A stretch of 53,681 nt of DNA, taken from assembly GCA_964540545.1 (NCBI GenBank), contig CAZINA010000001.1, positions 5,562-59,242 on the forward strand, read 5' to 3'. The DNA comes from an uncultured Candidatus Bathyarchaeia archaeon. Lineage in GTDB: Archaea > Thermoproteota > Bathyarchaeia > Bathyarchaeales > Bathycorpusculaceae. This document shows, piece after piece, positions 36,803 through 45,259 of this stretch (its first letter is position 1; each line of letters starts with the position of its first letter). The notes beneath the pieces were generated by a model, which made no database searches, was not told where the DNA came from, and saw nothing but the letters and a program-made list of their open reading frames with translations. The translations under genes and the position numbers were made by a program.

Positions 36803-37813
36803 TTGATAGATCAGAAGCAAGTTATCGAAGCTTTGATGAAGCCTGAAGCTTATGAAGAAGACCCAGGCAGCATCGAACTGGTTCAGACACACATATCCGC
36901 CGTCTTTCTAACTAAAAACTTTGTTTACAAGGTGAAGAAAGCCGTAAACTTTGGGTTCTTGGACTTCACTACTCTAGAAAAGAGACGGTTCTTCTGCGAA
37001 AAAGAACTAAATCTCAACAGGCGGCTGTGCGGAGACATGTACTTAGAAGTTGTTCCCATCAACAAAGCCACCACTGTCAAGATAAAAGGCGAAGGCGAAA
37101 CCGTGGAGTATGCTGTTAAGATGAAGCGCATACCTCAAGAGAAGATCATGAGCAGGCTTCTCGAAGAAAATAAAGTGGACAACAAACTTGTTGATGAAAT
37201 AGCAAAAATCATAGCGGAATTCCATTCAAAAGCCGAAACAAACAAGAGAATAAGCGAGTTCGGATCCTTGGCGGCTATAGAAACCAATTGGAAAGAAAAT
37301 TTCGAGCAAACTGAAGAGTTCATTGGCAAAACAATATCCACAGAGACCTTCAAGCTGATTCACGACAAAGTCGAAGATTTCATGAAGAAAAACACGACAC
37401 TCTTCAAGAAGAGAATGTCGGAAAGACGAGTTAGAGACTGCCACGGCGACATCCATTCAGGCAACATTTTCGTTGCAGACGAAATTTACATTTTCGACGC
37501 CATAGAATTCAACAAGAGATTCAGATACTCTGACGTTGCGGCTGACGTTGCTTTCCTAGCCATGGACTTAGATGTCAAGAAGCGAACTGACCTGTCCACC
37601 TTCTTTGTTAAAAAATACGTTGAATATTCTGGAGACAAAGAGTTGACGAAGATTCTTCCCTTCTACAAGTGCTACCGAGCCTACGTGCGAGGAAAAGTCA
37701 CCAGCTTCAAACTTAACGACCCCAACATAAGCATCGGGGACAAGAAGGCAGCGATAAATGAGGCAAGTGCATACTTCAAACTGGCCGCCACCTACACGAA
37801 AATGTTCAGCTAA
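36803..37813 (+). CDS. aminoglycoside-phosphotransferase-fold kinase, COG2187 N-terminal-domain-like
   Basis: 336 aa. LVQTHISAVFLTKNFVYKVKKAVNFGFLDFTTLEKRRFFCEKELNLNRRL and the catalytic HGDIHSGNIF match the family that in bacteria is usually fused to an AAA_33 kinase. Confidence 0.7.
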   Translation: MIDQKQVIEALMKPEAYEEDPGSIELVQTHISAVFLTKNFVYKVKKAVNFGFLDFTTLEKRRFFCEKELNLNRRLCGDMYLEVVPINKATTVKIKGEGETVEYAVKMKRIPQEKIMSRLLEENKVDNKLVDEIAKIIAEFHSKAETNKRISEFGSLAAIETNWKENFEQTEEFIGKTISTETFKLIHDKVEDFMKKNTTLFKKRMSERRVRDCHGDIHSGNIFVADEIYIFDAIEFNKRFRYSDVAADVAFLAMDLDVKKRTDLSTFFVKKYVEYSGDKELTKILPFYKCYRAYVRGKVTSFKLNDPNISIGDKKAAINEASAYFKLAATYTKMFS

Positions 37814-38679
37814 AGAACGAATTGGTCAGCCACATATTCGGGGATTTTCACTGTTCCCATGACAACAGGTTTCTGATGGCAATCGCTTCCCCCAGTCATC
37901 ATTAATCCATTTTCCTTTGCAAAATTCACGTAATGGTTTGTTGTTTGAGAGTCGTTTCTGGAATGCCAACATTCCACGCCATCAATGTAGGTCATCATTG
38001 ACTCTTTGATTATGGCGGTCTGCTCAGACAACGATTCGGTCAGTTTCGCAAGCGAAGTTCCATGCGGGTCGTTAGGATGAGCTAAGACTAATTTTCCGCC
38101 CGCGTTCCTCACAAGCTTAGACGCTTCTTTAAGATAAAGCGGATACTTCGGAACGTTACACTTCACAAGATACTTGTCGAAAGCTTCCTGTCTGTTTCTG
38201 ACAATGCCTTTTCTAACCAGATAATCGGCTATGTGAGGCCTCCCAAGAGCCCCGTCAACAGAAGCCTGAATCTCCTCAAAATCGCGCTTTGTTAACTGCT
38301 CAATTCCTTCCTTTTCAAATTCTGCATTAAGATTGCGCAGAATCTTGGCGGCTCTTTCCTCTCTGTACTCAGCCATTTGCCGAAGCTTATCTGCTAACGC
38401 CTTACTCTTAACGTCAAACTGATAACCCAAAAAGTCTAGTGACACTGGTTTACCTTGATGGTATTTGGGATGTGAGAAAGTCACGTTTAACTCTACGCCG
38501 GGAATATAGCGGATTCCAGCTGTTTCAGCTAAGTTTATGGCTGTTTCTTGGCAGCCAATTGAGTCATGGTCTGTAATCGACATGAACTCGATGTTTCTGA
38601 GTTTGGCTTCCTTGAAGATTTCTTTTACAGTGAAGGCGCCGTCGGAGCTTTGCGAGTGAATGTGTAAGTCTATTATCAT
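37810..38679 (-). CDS. PHP-domain phosphoesterase
   Basis: MIIDLHIHSQSSDGAFTV...FMSITDHDS...AHP...GGSDCH are the PHP metal-binding motifs. I chose the internal ATG at 38679, which removes the overlap with the upstream gene. Confidence 0.8.
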   Translation of the reverse strand: MIIDLHIHSQSSDGAFTVKEIFKEAKLRNIEFMSITDHDSIGCQETAINLAETAGIRYIPGVELNVTFSHPKYHQGKPVSLDFLGYQFDVKSKALADKLRQMAEYREERAAKILRNLNAEFEKEGIEQLTKRDFEEIQASVDGALGRPHIADYLVRKGIVRNRQEAFDKYLVKCNVPKYPLYLKEASKLVRNAGGKLVLAHPNDPHGTSLAKLTESLSEQTAIIKESMMTYIDGVECWHSRNDSQTTNHYVNFAKENGLMMTGGSDCHQKPVVMGTVKIPEYVADQFVL

Positions 38680-38690
38680 GTAATTGCCTG

Positions 38691-39350
38691 TTACCTTTTT
38701 TCCATCCCGATGATGTACCAGCCCTCTGGAGAATCGTGGCACGTTTCAACCGTCAAGTGCAATACTTTGAGCTGTGGATAAAGCTTCTTTAAGTCATCCA
38801 AGTCAACGGGTTCAAACTTGCGTTTGTTTGCGAGATACGCCTCCACGGTTAAAGCGTTTGACTCGTACTTTTCCTTAGTTCTTCTCTGAAGCCTCGCAAC
38901 AGACACTTCTTGAGGACAGCTAGTTTGAAGTATAACAAAAGTCAATCCGTGCTTAGCTGCAATCTCAGCCGCGCGCCGCCGCAACTCCTGAGCCACAAAA
39001 GTAGCATCCAAAATTAAGCTTTTGCCCTGCCGCGCGAGGTTGTCTGCCCGGCGGAACATTTCATCATAAACAGACAACCGCTTGCTCATGTTTCCCGCAA
39101 CTTTCACGTCAAATACGTCTTCTCCCTTGAGAACCTCCAATCGAATCAAATCGCTCCGAAGAATGGGATACCCCTTGATTTTCGAGACCTCTGCGGAAGA
39201 CTCCGTTTTCCAAGTTGCCGGAAGACCACAAGTAATCAGCAAAGTCTTGGACCCTAAATTGGTTTTAACAAACTCTGCGAAAAGGTCCCTCAATCTCACA
39301 CCTCTAACACCGTAAAGTTCAGGCAAAACATAATTAAACCTTTTTGGCAA
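38691..39350 (-). CDS. P-loop kinase-like protein (AAA_33/zeta-toxin-like) with an atypical Walker A
   Basis: 219 aa. It has LLITCGLPATWKTE where GxxxxGK[ST] is expected (W replaces the second Gly) and the Walker-B-like LILDATF. This corresponds to the C-terminal half of COG2187-type fusions. Confidence 0.6.
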   Translation of the reverse strand: MPKRFNYVLPELYGVRGVRLRDLFAEFVKTNLGSKTLLITCGLPATWKTESSAEVSKIKGYPILRSDLIRLEVLKGEDVFDVKVAGNMSKRLSVYDEMFRRADNLARQGKSLILDATFVAQELRRRAAEIAAKHGLTFVILQTSCPQEVSVARLQRRTKEKYESNALTVEAYLANKRKFEPVDLDDLKKLYPQLKVLHLTVETCHDSPEGWYIIGMEKR

Positions 39351-39447
39351 GAAAAAAGCAGTTATTCTTTGGCAAACACCTTATTACTGAATTTGAAGTA
39401 AAGCTAAATAGTCAGATAGGAACCTTTCCTAAAAGAAGGTAACGCAA

Positions 39448-40704
39448 ATGGAAGAATTTCAAGTTAAAGACAAGACACTAGCGCCGCAAGGCCATTTACA
39501 AATTGAGTGGGGCTCAGCTCACATGCCCGTGTTGAACCAAGTGAAAAACAGGTTCAAGAGAGAAAAACCGCTGGAAGGTATGATGTTGGGAGCCTGCCTT
39601 CACGTAACGAAGGAAACGGCTGTTTTGGTAGATACGTTGATGGCTGGAGGCGCTCAAGTTGCTTTGTGCGGTTCCAACCCGCTTTCCACACAGGATGATG
39701 TAGCCGCCGCGCTGGCTGAAAAAGGCGTTCACGTTTTTGCGCAGCGAGGACAGACAACCGAAGAATACTACCACTGTATTGACGAAGTGCTTGATTACAA
39801 ACCCGTGATAACTCTTGATGACGGCGCTGACCTCGTTGGCACATTGCACAGCAAACGGATAAAAGAACTACCGAACGTTAAGGGCGGAACAGAAGAAACA
39901 ACCACAGGGGTGATTCGGCTACGGGCGATGGAAAAGGCGGGAAGCCTCAAGTACCCGATTGTAGCTGTTAACGACGCTTACACTAAATACTTGTTTGACA
40001 ACCGTTACGGAACGGGTCAAAGCACCCTAGACGGAGTTATAAGAGCCACAAACACGCTTATAGCAGGCAAAAATTTCGTGGTCGGAGGATACGGCTGGTG
40101 CTCAAGAGGCATAGCCATGCGCGCGCAAGGAATGGGCGCAAACGTGATAGTTACTGAAGTTAAACCGTTAAGAGCGTTAGAAGCGGCGATGAACGGTTTT
40201 CGCGTTATGCCAATGGTTGAAGCTGCACCCATAGGCGACATTTTCGTGACAGCCACAGGCGACATAAGCGTCATAAGAAAAGAACATATGCAGAAAATGA
40301 AAGACGGCGCCATAATTGCCAACAGCGGCCACTTCAACGTGGAAATATGCATAAAAGATTTAGAAGCACTGTCAAAAGCGAAGAGAACGATAAGACCAAA
40401 CTTGGAAGAGTATACTCTGGAAGACGGTAGAAAAATTCACCTGTTGGCTGAAGGAAGACTTGTAAATCTATCTGCAGCGGAAGGTCACCCGTCAGAAGTT
40501 ATGGATATGTCTTTTGCAAATCAGGCGATGTGCGCAGAGTATATGGCTAAAACTGAGAAGCTCCCGCCAAAAGTTTACACTGTTCCCGCAGACATAGATG
40601 AGGCTGTTGCTGAACTGAAGCTGAAGAGCATGGGGGTGAAAATCGACGAGCTCACAGCTGAACAGAAAAAGTATTTAGCAGCATGGGAAATGGGAACTAC
40701 ATAA
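39448..40704 (+). CDS. ahcY: S-adenosyl-L-homocysteine hydrolase
   Basis: 418 aa. It contains the [11 protein letters not shown] region, DDGADL, EETTTGV and the NAD fold [13 protein letters not shown], followed by GHFNVEI. Confidence 0.95.
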   Translation: MEEFQVKDKTLAPQGHLQIEWGSAHMPVLNQVKNRFKREKPLEGMMLGACLHVTKETAVLVDTLMAGGAQVALCGSNPLSTQDDVAAALAEKGVHVFAQRGQTTEEYYHCIDEVLDYKPVITLDDGADLVGTLHSKRIKELPNVKGGTEETTTGVIRLRAMEKAGSLKYPIVAVNDAYTKYLFDNRYGTGQSTLDGVIRATNTLIAGKNFVVGGYGWCSRGIAMRAQGMGANVIVTEVKPLRALEAAMNGFRVMPMVEAAPIGDIFVTATGDISVIRKEHMQKMKDGAIIANSGHFNVEICIKDLEALSKAKRTIRPNLEEYTLEDGRKIHLLAEGRLVNLSAAEGHPSEVMDMSFANQAMCAEYMAKTEKLPPKVYTVPADIDEAVAELKLKSMGVKIDELTAEQKKYLAAWEMGTT

Positions 40705-40782
40705 CATGGAGTGTATCGGCTAGTACGGTAAACTTTAAATGGATTAAGATAATAACATGGCTTATTAAATGGTGAAACATAA

Positions 40783-41085
40783 ATGAGTAAGGACCAAGCA
40801 ATAGGTGGAGCAATATTCATCGTATGTCTGATTGTCGCTATAGGCTACATAATAACACTGTTCATGCCAGACTTGTTCGTAGACATAGTCGGATCTATCG
40901 GACTATCGCTCACTGTGTCTGACGTTAAATTCTGGATAATTGCGCTACCAGTCTTCGTAGCTTTCGTTGCAATAATGTTTATAGGCGCATGGATTGGCTG
41001 GACAATGGCCACTACACCACCGCCGAAACCTATCGAAGAGATTACAACTGAAGTAGAAGAATCCGCAGAAGAGAAAACTAGCTGA
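40783..41085 (+). CDS. small membrane protein (2-3 TM segments) with an acidic C-terminal tail
   Basis: 100 aa. It has hydrophobic segments (AIFIVCLIVAIGYIITLF, FWIIALPVFVAFVAIMFIGAWIGW) followed by PPPKPIEEITTEVEESAEEKTS. I do not recognise the family. Confidence 0.5.
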   Translation: MSKDQAIGGAIFIVCLIVAIGYIITLFMPDLFVDIVGSIGLSLTVSDVKFWIIALPVFVAFVAIMFIGAWIGWTMATTPPPKPIEEITTEVEESAEEKTS

Positions 41086-41179
41086 AAAGCAAATAATCCT
41101 CTAATTTAACGCCTATAATCTCCCAATTCTATAGTTTTTTTATTTTAGGAAATGTTTCTGTTTATGCTAGCCAAATAGA

Positions 41180-41600
41180 TTAGAGTACGAGGGCTTGGAA
41201 ACCAAAATATAAGCCAACATTAACTATGGCAGAGATGCCGAGTACGATTAAAAGATTCCTTGGAGAAAACGAAGCCAAAAAGCCTTCTTCAGTTTTAGGT
41301 TGCACATCATATTCTTTGATTCCACGAGTCTCAGCGCTAACTTGAACAATAGCGGTGAACTTTTAAGTTTCAACCTCAACGGTGTAGATGTCTCCTTCAA
41401 GAAACCCGTTTAGGCTTCAAACCACTCTTGTGTCCTAGTCTCTTCAAAAAAGAAGTGGTCATAGTCGTAACTACTTCAGCGTTAAGTTTCTTCAATTGAG
41501 GAGCCTAGGAAGTGACAATTTCTGGAGTAGTTGCTTGTGAAGTAGCTGACAAATATGTTATCTCCTAGCCGTGCTTTAGAGAAAGAGGTGACAGGTTATA
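41180..41600 (-). pseudogene. decayed remnant of a membrane-anchored surface protein gene (approximate limits)
   Basis: The minus-strand frame reads ...LNGFLEGDIYTVEVET, then a stop (41363-41365), then KFTAIVQVSAETRGIKEYDVQPKTEEGFLASFSPRNLLIVLGISAIVNVGLYFGFQALVL and a stop (41180-41182). There are more stops and frame changes upstream, and no usable start. Confidence 0.4.
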
Positions 41601-41631
41601 AAGAAATGTGTGTCTCACCGAGAACCGAGAC

Positions 41632-42069
41632 CTACGTCTTCATTTTCTTGAGCATACACGTAACTATGTCCTTGCACATCATACATTCATCTGGGATACT
41701 GTCACTTGACGCTCTTTCACTCAGATAACCAAGATAATGAGCACATTCGGATGGTGCTTCAGGGACTTCTGCTTTCTCTTCCACAGGAGCAACCTCCTCA
41801 ACTTCAGGTTCAGCTTCAACTGAAACTTCTGAGTCTAAGGTTTCCGGTTCCGATGGTTCAGGCTGCAACATTTCCGGTTCATCAAAACTTATAGCTGGCT
41901 CATTGTTAACGATTATTTCGGTTAAGCAGTATGGGCAAGCGTCGTAGGGACTTTCAGTATTTTGCTGCAGATTCAAAGCTTTAAGGGGCTTAGTGAAAAC
42001 TTTGCCGCAAGTAGTATTCGGGCAAGTGAACGTGCTACTTTTTTTGTTTGTCTCTTCAATTTGAGCTAT
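41632..42069 (-). CDS. zinc-ribbon protein with an acidic linker and a C-terminal Cys/His motif; probable non-canonical (ATA) start
   Basis: The track ORF (41632-41976) begins inside a zinc ribbon. The same frame stays open upstream to 42099 and encodes IAQIEETNKKSSTFTCPNTTCGKVFTKPLKA before LNLQQ...YDACPYC. GGAGGG lies 6 nt before ATA at 42069-42067. C-terminal motif: CAHYLGYL...IPDECMMCKDIVTC. Confidence 0.55.
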   Translation of the reverse strand: MAQIEETNKKSSTFTCPNTTCGKVFTKPLKALNLQQNTESPYDACPYCLTEIIVNNEPAISFDEPEMLQPEPSEPETLDSEVSVEAEPEVEEVAPVEEKAEVPEAPSECAHYLGYLSERASSDSIPDECMMCKDIVTCMLKKMKT

Positions 42070-42142
42070 GGCTAGCCCTCCTGTAAAAGTAAGTAAGAAT
42101 TACCTGTTTATAGTATTAATGAAGACAAAATAAGTATCTAAA

Positions 42143-42742
42143 CTATTCATTTTCGGATTTCAGTGTTGGAGAAGCAAGTTTTTGGAGGTCTTCAACCCCT
42201 TCAGCGTAGCCTGAAGCAATCAAGATGTCGCCTAGTTGAATTCTCGTGCCAGGTTTGGGGCGTAAACTTTTTTCGCTGCGTTTTATAGCCAAGATCCACA
42301 TGCCTGTTTCTTCAGGCACTCTCGCTTCTTTCAGAGTTTTATCAATGAGCGAGGAACCTTCGGTCACGCAGGCTTGGATAACAGTTTCTTCAGCTTCCCT
42401 TATGGCTAGCTTCAACACTGGATGCGGCTCAATATCGCGAAGCACAACCTCAGCCATCTCAGCCGCGGCGTCCGCAAGTTTTTCAGTTGCCACGCCTAAC
42501 CGGATAAGCCCTAGAAATCCTGAAGCTTCTTCGCGTTTAAAACCGCTTGTTAAAGCTAGAAGCTCAAAATCTGTATGCATCTTATCCATGGATTCTTCAA
42601 GGCGCTCCACTTCTTCAGCTAAGTCTTTGCTATTCAACATGAGTGAAGAGTAAGCTAGGTCAATCATGAGCTCAGAGGTGTTCTTGAGCTCAACGAACCG
42701 TGTTACGATTTCTTCGAAAACTTTACGGTTATGCTCCACCAT
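42143..42742 (-). CDS. PhoU-like plus TrkA_C (RCK_C) domain protein, paralogue 2 (COG3273-type)
   Basis: 199 aa. SELMIDLAYSSLMLNSKDLAEEV (PhoU-like helices) is followed by ACVTEGSSLIDKTLKEARVPEETGMWILAIKR...GDILIASG (TrkA_C). Confidence 0.75.
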   Translation of the reverse strand: MVEHNRKVFEEIVTRFVELKNTSELMIDLAYSSLMLNSKDLAEEVERLEESMDKMHTDFELLALTSGFKREEASGFLGLIRLGVATEKLADAAAEMAEVVLRDIEPHPVLKLAIREAEETVIQACVTEGSSLIDKTLKEARVPEETGMWILAIKRSEKSLRPKPGTRIQLGDILIASGYAEGVEDLQKLASPTLKSENE

Positions 42743-42744
42743 TG

Positions 42745-43353
42745 TCAGTCCTCCAATTGTTTAAGTCTTCCCTCAGCTAAATCTTTGAACTCCTTAATGC
42801 CCATGGGGGCTCCACGTGTTATCAGAATGTCTCCGACAAGAACATGCGCGTTTTCTTCGGGGTCTAGTATCCAATCTTTGTTTCGGCGGATGGCAATTAT
42901 GTCAACGCCCATTCTTGCCGCCAAATCAAGCTCAGCTATTCGTTTCCCTGCTATAACGGAGCCTTCCTTTACAGTTGCCTTCATAAGCCGCTCTTCAACT
43001 TTTTCAAAAATCTCACCGATTATGGGATGTATACCGATGTTCCGCGTCACTATGGCGGCGATGTCAGCGGCAGCGTCAGAGATCTTGTCTGATGCAGCGG
43101 CTACGGTTGAAACACCAATCAGGGTCTCCGCATCTTTAGCATCTCTAGCTGCAATCATTATTTCCATGTCTAAAAGATAAGCTAAAGTGTCAATGCGGCT
43201 TTCAAGTTCAATAACGTCTTCGGCAAGTTCTTTATCGTTAAATAAAGCAGCAGAGTAAGCCAAGTCAATCATGAGCTCAGAGAGGTTCTTCATTTCCACC
43301 AGAAGATCACTGACTGGGATAGGCTTGTACTCAATCTTTTCAAATTGTGGCAT
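42745..43353 (-). CDS. PhoU-like plus TrkA_C (RCK_C) domain protein, paralogue 1 (COG3273-type)
   Basis: 202 aa. SELMIDLAYSAALFNDKELAEDV is followed by ATVKEGSVIAGKRIAELDLAARMGVDIIAIRR...GDILITRG. It shares an identical 19-nt stretch, GTCAATCATGAGCTCAGAG, with the downstream paralogue. Confidence 0.75.
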   Translation of the reverse strand: MPQFEKIEYKPIPVSDLLVEMKNLSELMIDLAYSAALFNDKELAEDVIELESRIDTLAYLLDMEIMIAARDAKDAETLIGVSTVAAASDKISDAAADIAAIVTRNIGIHPIIGEIFEKVEERLMKATVKEGSVIAGKRIAELDLAARMGVDIIAIRRNKDWILDPEENAHVLVGDILITRGAPMGIKEFKDLAEGRLKQLED

Positions 43354-43420
43354 GCTCTTTAGAGGCGCTCCGCAGATAGATATTGTTCATGAAATATTTT
43401 AATTATACTCTTATTCACGG

Positions 43421-44623
43421 TCACACTATTAACAGTAAAGCCACAAACAAAGCAATGGAGGTCACGCTGTCGGCTAAGGAACTTTCGACAGGGATAACGA
43501 AGTTATCAGGATCTAATCCTCTTTTGAAGGTCAAAATTGAAACTGCATAAGACAAAACGACGATTGCAGCAACAGCGAGGACGTTGGCAACTAATACAAT
43601 GGAGATAAGATTGTTAAACGAGGAAAATGAAAACAGGCTGTGTATTGACAGGGACATAACCGCTAAGATAACAAACATTATAATAGAAGCAGACCAGGCA
43701 CTGAAGATGTTCTTCGCGTGTTTGCGCATTGAAGTAAAAGAAGGCGTGAGCAAACCTAGAGCAAGTTTTGTTGTGGCAGTAGAACCGATAACGGAGCCAA
43801 CATTTCCGATCATGCCGATCAAAGCGGGGTAAACAGTGAGTATCTCGGGGCGGCGGCCCTCCACAAAACGGTTTATTCCATGGAGAACTGTGCCAGTTAT
43901 GTTAACCAAGAAAGCTACAATCAACATGGTAATCATAGACTCCTTGAGGGTTTTAATGAAATCGACTTCGTGCAAGTTTTTAGATACAATGTAAAAAGCA
44001 AGGAACACAGGAACCAAACAGGCAAGACCGATAAACCACTGGCCCCAGATGCCAATGAAAAACAAATTGAGCACTACAACATAACAGAGCGTAACAAAAA
44101 TGTCGGCGACAGTTGACATCACGGGGTACACAACGACGTCAGGATCCAACCCTTTTTCAAAGGAAATAAAAGCCACCTTTATAGTTACGAAGGAAAGCAA
44201 AAGGCCTAAAGCCAGAGTTGCTACAACAACTGACAAAATAGCAGGGAAATCAACCAACGTTATTCCCCAAAACAGATAACCAAAAACCAGAGATATGGCA
44301 CAGATTGTAACACTAGTTATCAAAGTTAAAACTATCAGAACCTGAATCAATTTGTAAAAACTCTTCGTGTTCCCAAAAAATTTGGGATAAACGGTACCGA
44401 GGTGCAACCCAGTGCTTAAACGGCCACTTAACAAGCCGCTGCCGACTCCTTTCGCGCTGATAATAGCTGGGTAAAGGGCTAGGACCCACGGTTCCAGTCC
44501 GAAAATACCAGATTGAGAAGCAACCATGAACCCTGCAAACACTCCAGCTAAACCGAAAGAGAAGGCTAACGAGGTCTCTTTGAACATCATCCAGAAGCTT
44601 TTTGAAACACCTGCATGTGACAT
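43421..44623 (-). CDS. MgtE-like divalent cation transporter membrane protein (two tandem MgtE TM modules, COG1824-type)
   Basis: 400 aa and polytopic, with an internal duplication. The halves are marked by KGLDPDVVVYPVMSTVADIF and RGLDPDNFVIPVESSLADSV. Confidence 0.75.
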   Translation of the reverse strand: MSHAGVSKSFWMMFKETSLAFSFGLAGVFAGFMVASQSGIFGLEPWVLALYPAIISAKGVGSGLLSGRLSTGLHLGTVYPKFFGNTKSFYKLIQVLIVLTLITSVTICAISLVFGYLFWGITLVDFPAILSVVVATLALGLLLSFVTIKVAFISFEKGLDPDVVVYPVMSTVADIFVTLCYVVVLNLFFIGIWGQWFIGLACLVPVFLAFYIVSKNLHEVDFIKTLKESMITMLIVAFLVNITGTVLHGINRFVEGRRPEILTVYPALIGMIGNVGSVIGSTATTKLALGLLTPSFTSMRKHAKNIFSAWSASIIMFVILAVMSLSIHSLFSFSSFNNLISIVLVANVLAVAAIVVLSYAVSILTFKRGLDPDNFVIPVESSLADSVTSIALFVALLLIV

Positions 44624-45034
44624 CTCCTATTGCCGCCTCCTCAATTTCATCGAAGAATGCAGAAAGAAGCAAAAAAGACTGGAAAACTGAAAAGGGTTTG
44701 ACAGGTGATTAAATGGCTTAAGAGAGCACGGCGTTTTGTGTTGAGCTATCGCTGGAAGGGCGCCGAATAGATGAGGGGAAGTGTAGACTACTTTCATATT
44801 TTTCCCTTCGCAGCTGTTTTTCGTTTCCAGCCATCCACAGGCACTGCTCTATCAGCGCGTGTGCTTGCGGGCTGCCAAGAACCACTTCAACTTGCACTCC
44901 TAACTTTTATTTGAGAAGTTGTATATCGCTTAAATAACTTTCTAAGAGTATTCCCAATACATACTGTAGCTTCACAAGCGTTTAATTGTTCACACTTGAA
45001 AGTATTTGGCAACGAGTTTGGATTGTGAGCCAAA

Positions 45035-45217
45035 ATGTATTCGGCATGGGTGAAACTTGACGACAGTTTGCCGTGGATAGAACTTGAAGAAGCATTCCAA
45101 ACCAAAGCTGAAGCACAAAAGGCAGTACAGGAAGTACTAAGCAAAGCCAAAATTAGAATTTCCAAGTTGCCAAAACAAGAAGAAAAGGGTAAAACCACGG
45201 TAAGAGCAAGGCATTGA
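45035..45217 (+). CDS. candidate small soluble protein
   Basis: 60 aa: MYSAWVKLDDSLPWIELEEAFQTKAEAQKAVQEVLSKAKIRISKLPKQEEKGKTTVRARH. It shows a strong purine-first codon bias, whereas the overlapping antisense ORF is S/C/F/L-rich. I do not recognise the family. Confidence 0.35.
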   Translation: MYSAWVKLDDSLPWIELEEAFQTKAEAQKAVQEVLSKAKIRISKLPKQEEKGKTTVRARH

Positions 45218-45259
45218 AACAACAGAATTGTCAGTGTTGCTTAATTAAGCTGTAGTTTC

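Noticed and set aside
42246-43180. 135-aa and 149-aa plus-strand ORFs
   Set aside because: They lie antisense to the two PhoU/TrkA_C genes, which have strong motif support. Their serine-rich composition indicates shadow ORFs.
44887-45222. 111-aa Cys-rich ORF as a possible precursor peptide for the adjacent radical SAM/SPASM enzyme
   Set aside because: Its S/C/F/L-rich composition is what the antisense of the better-looking plus-strand 60-aa ORF would give. It has no SD-like sequence upstream. I keep it only as an alternative to test.
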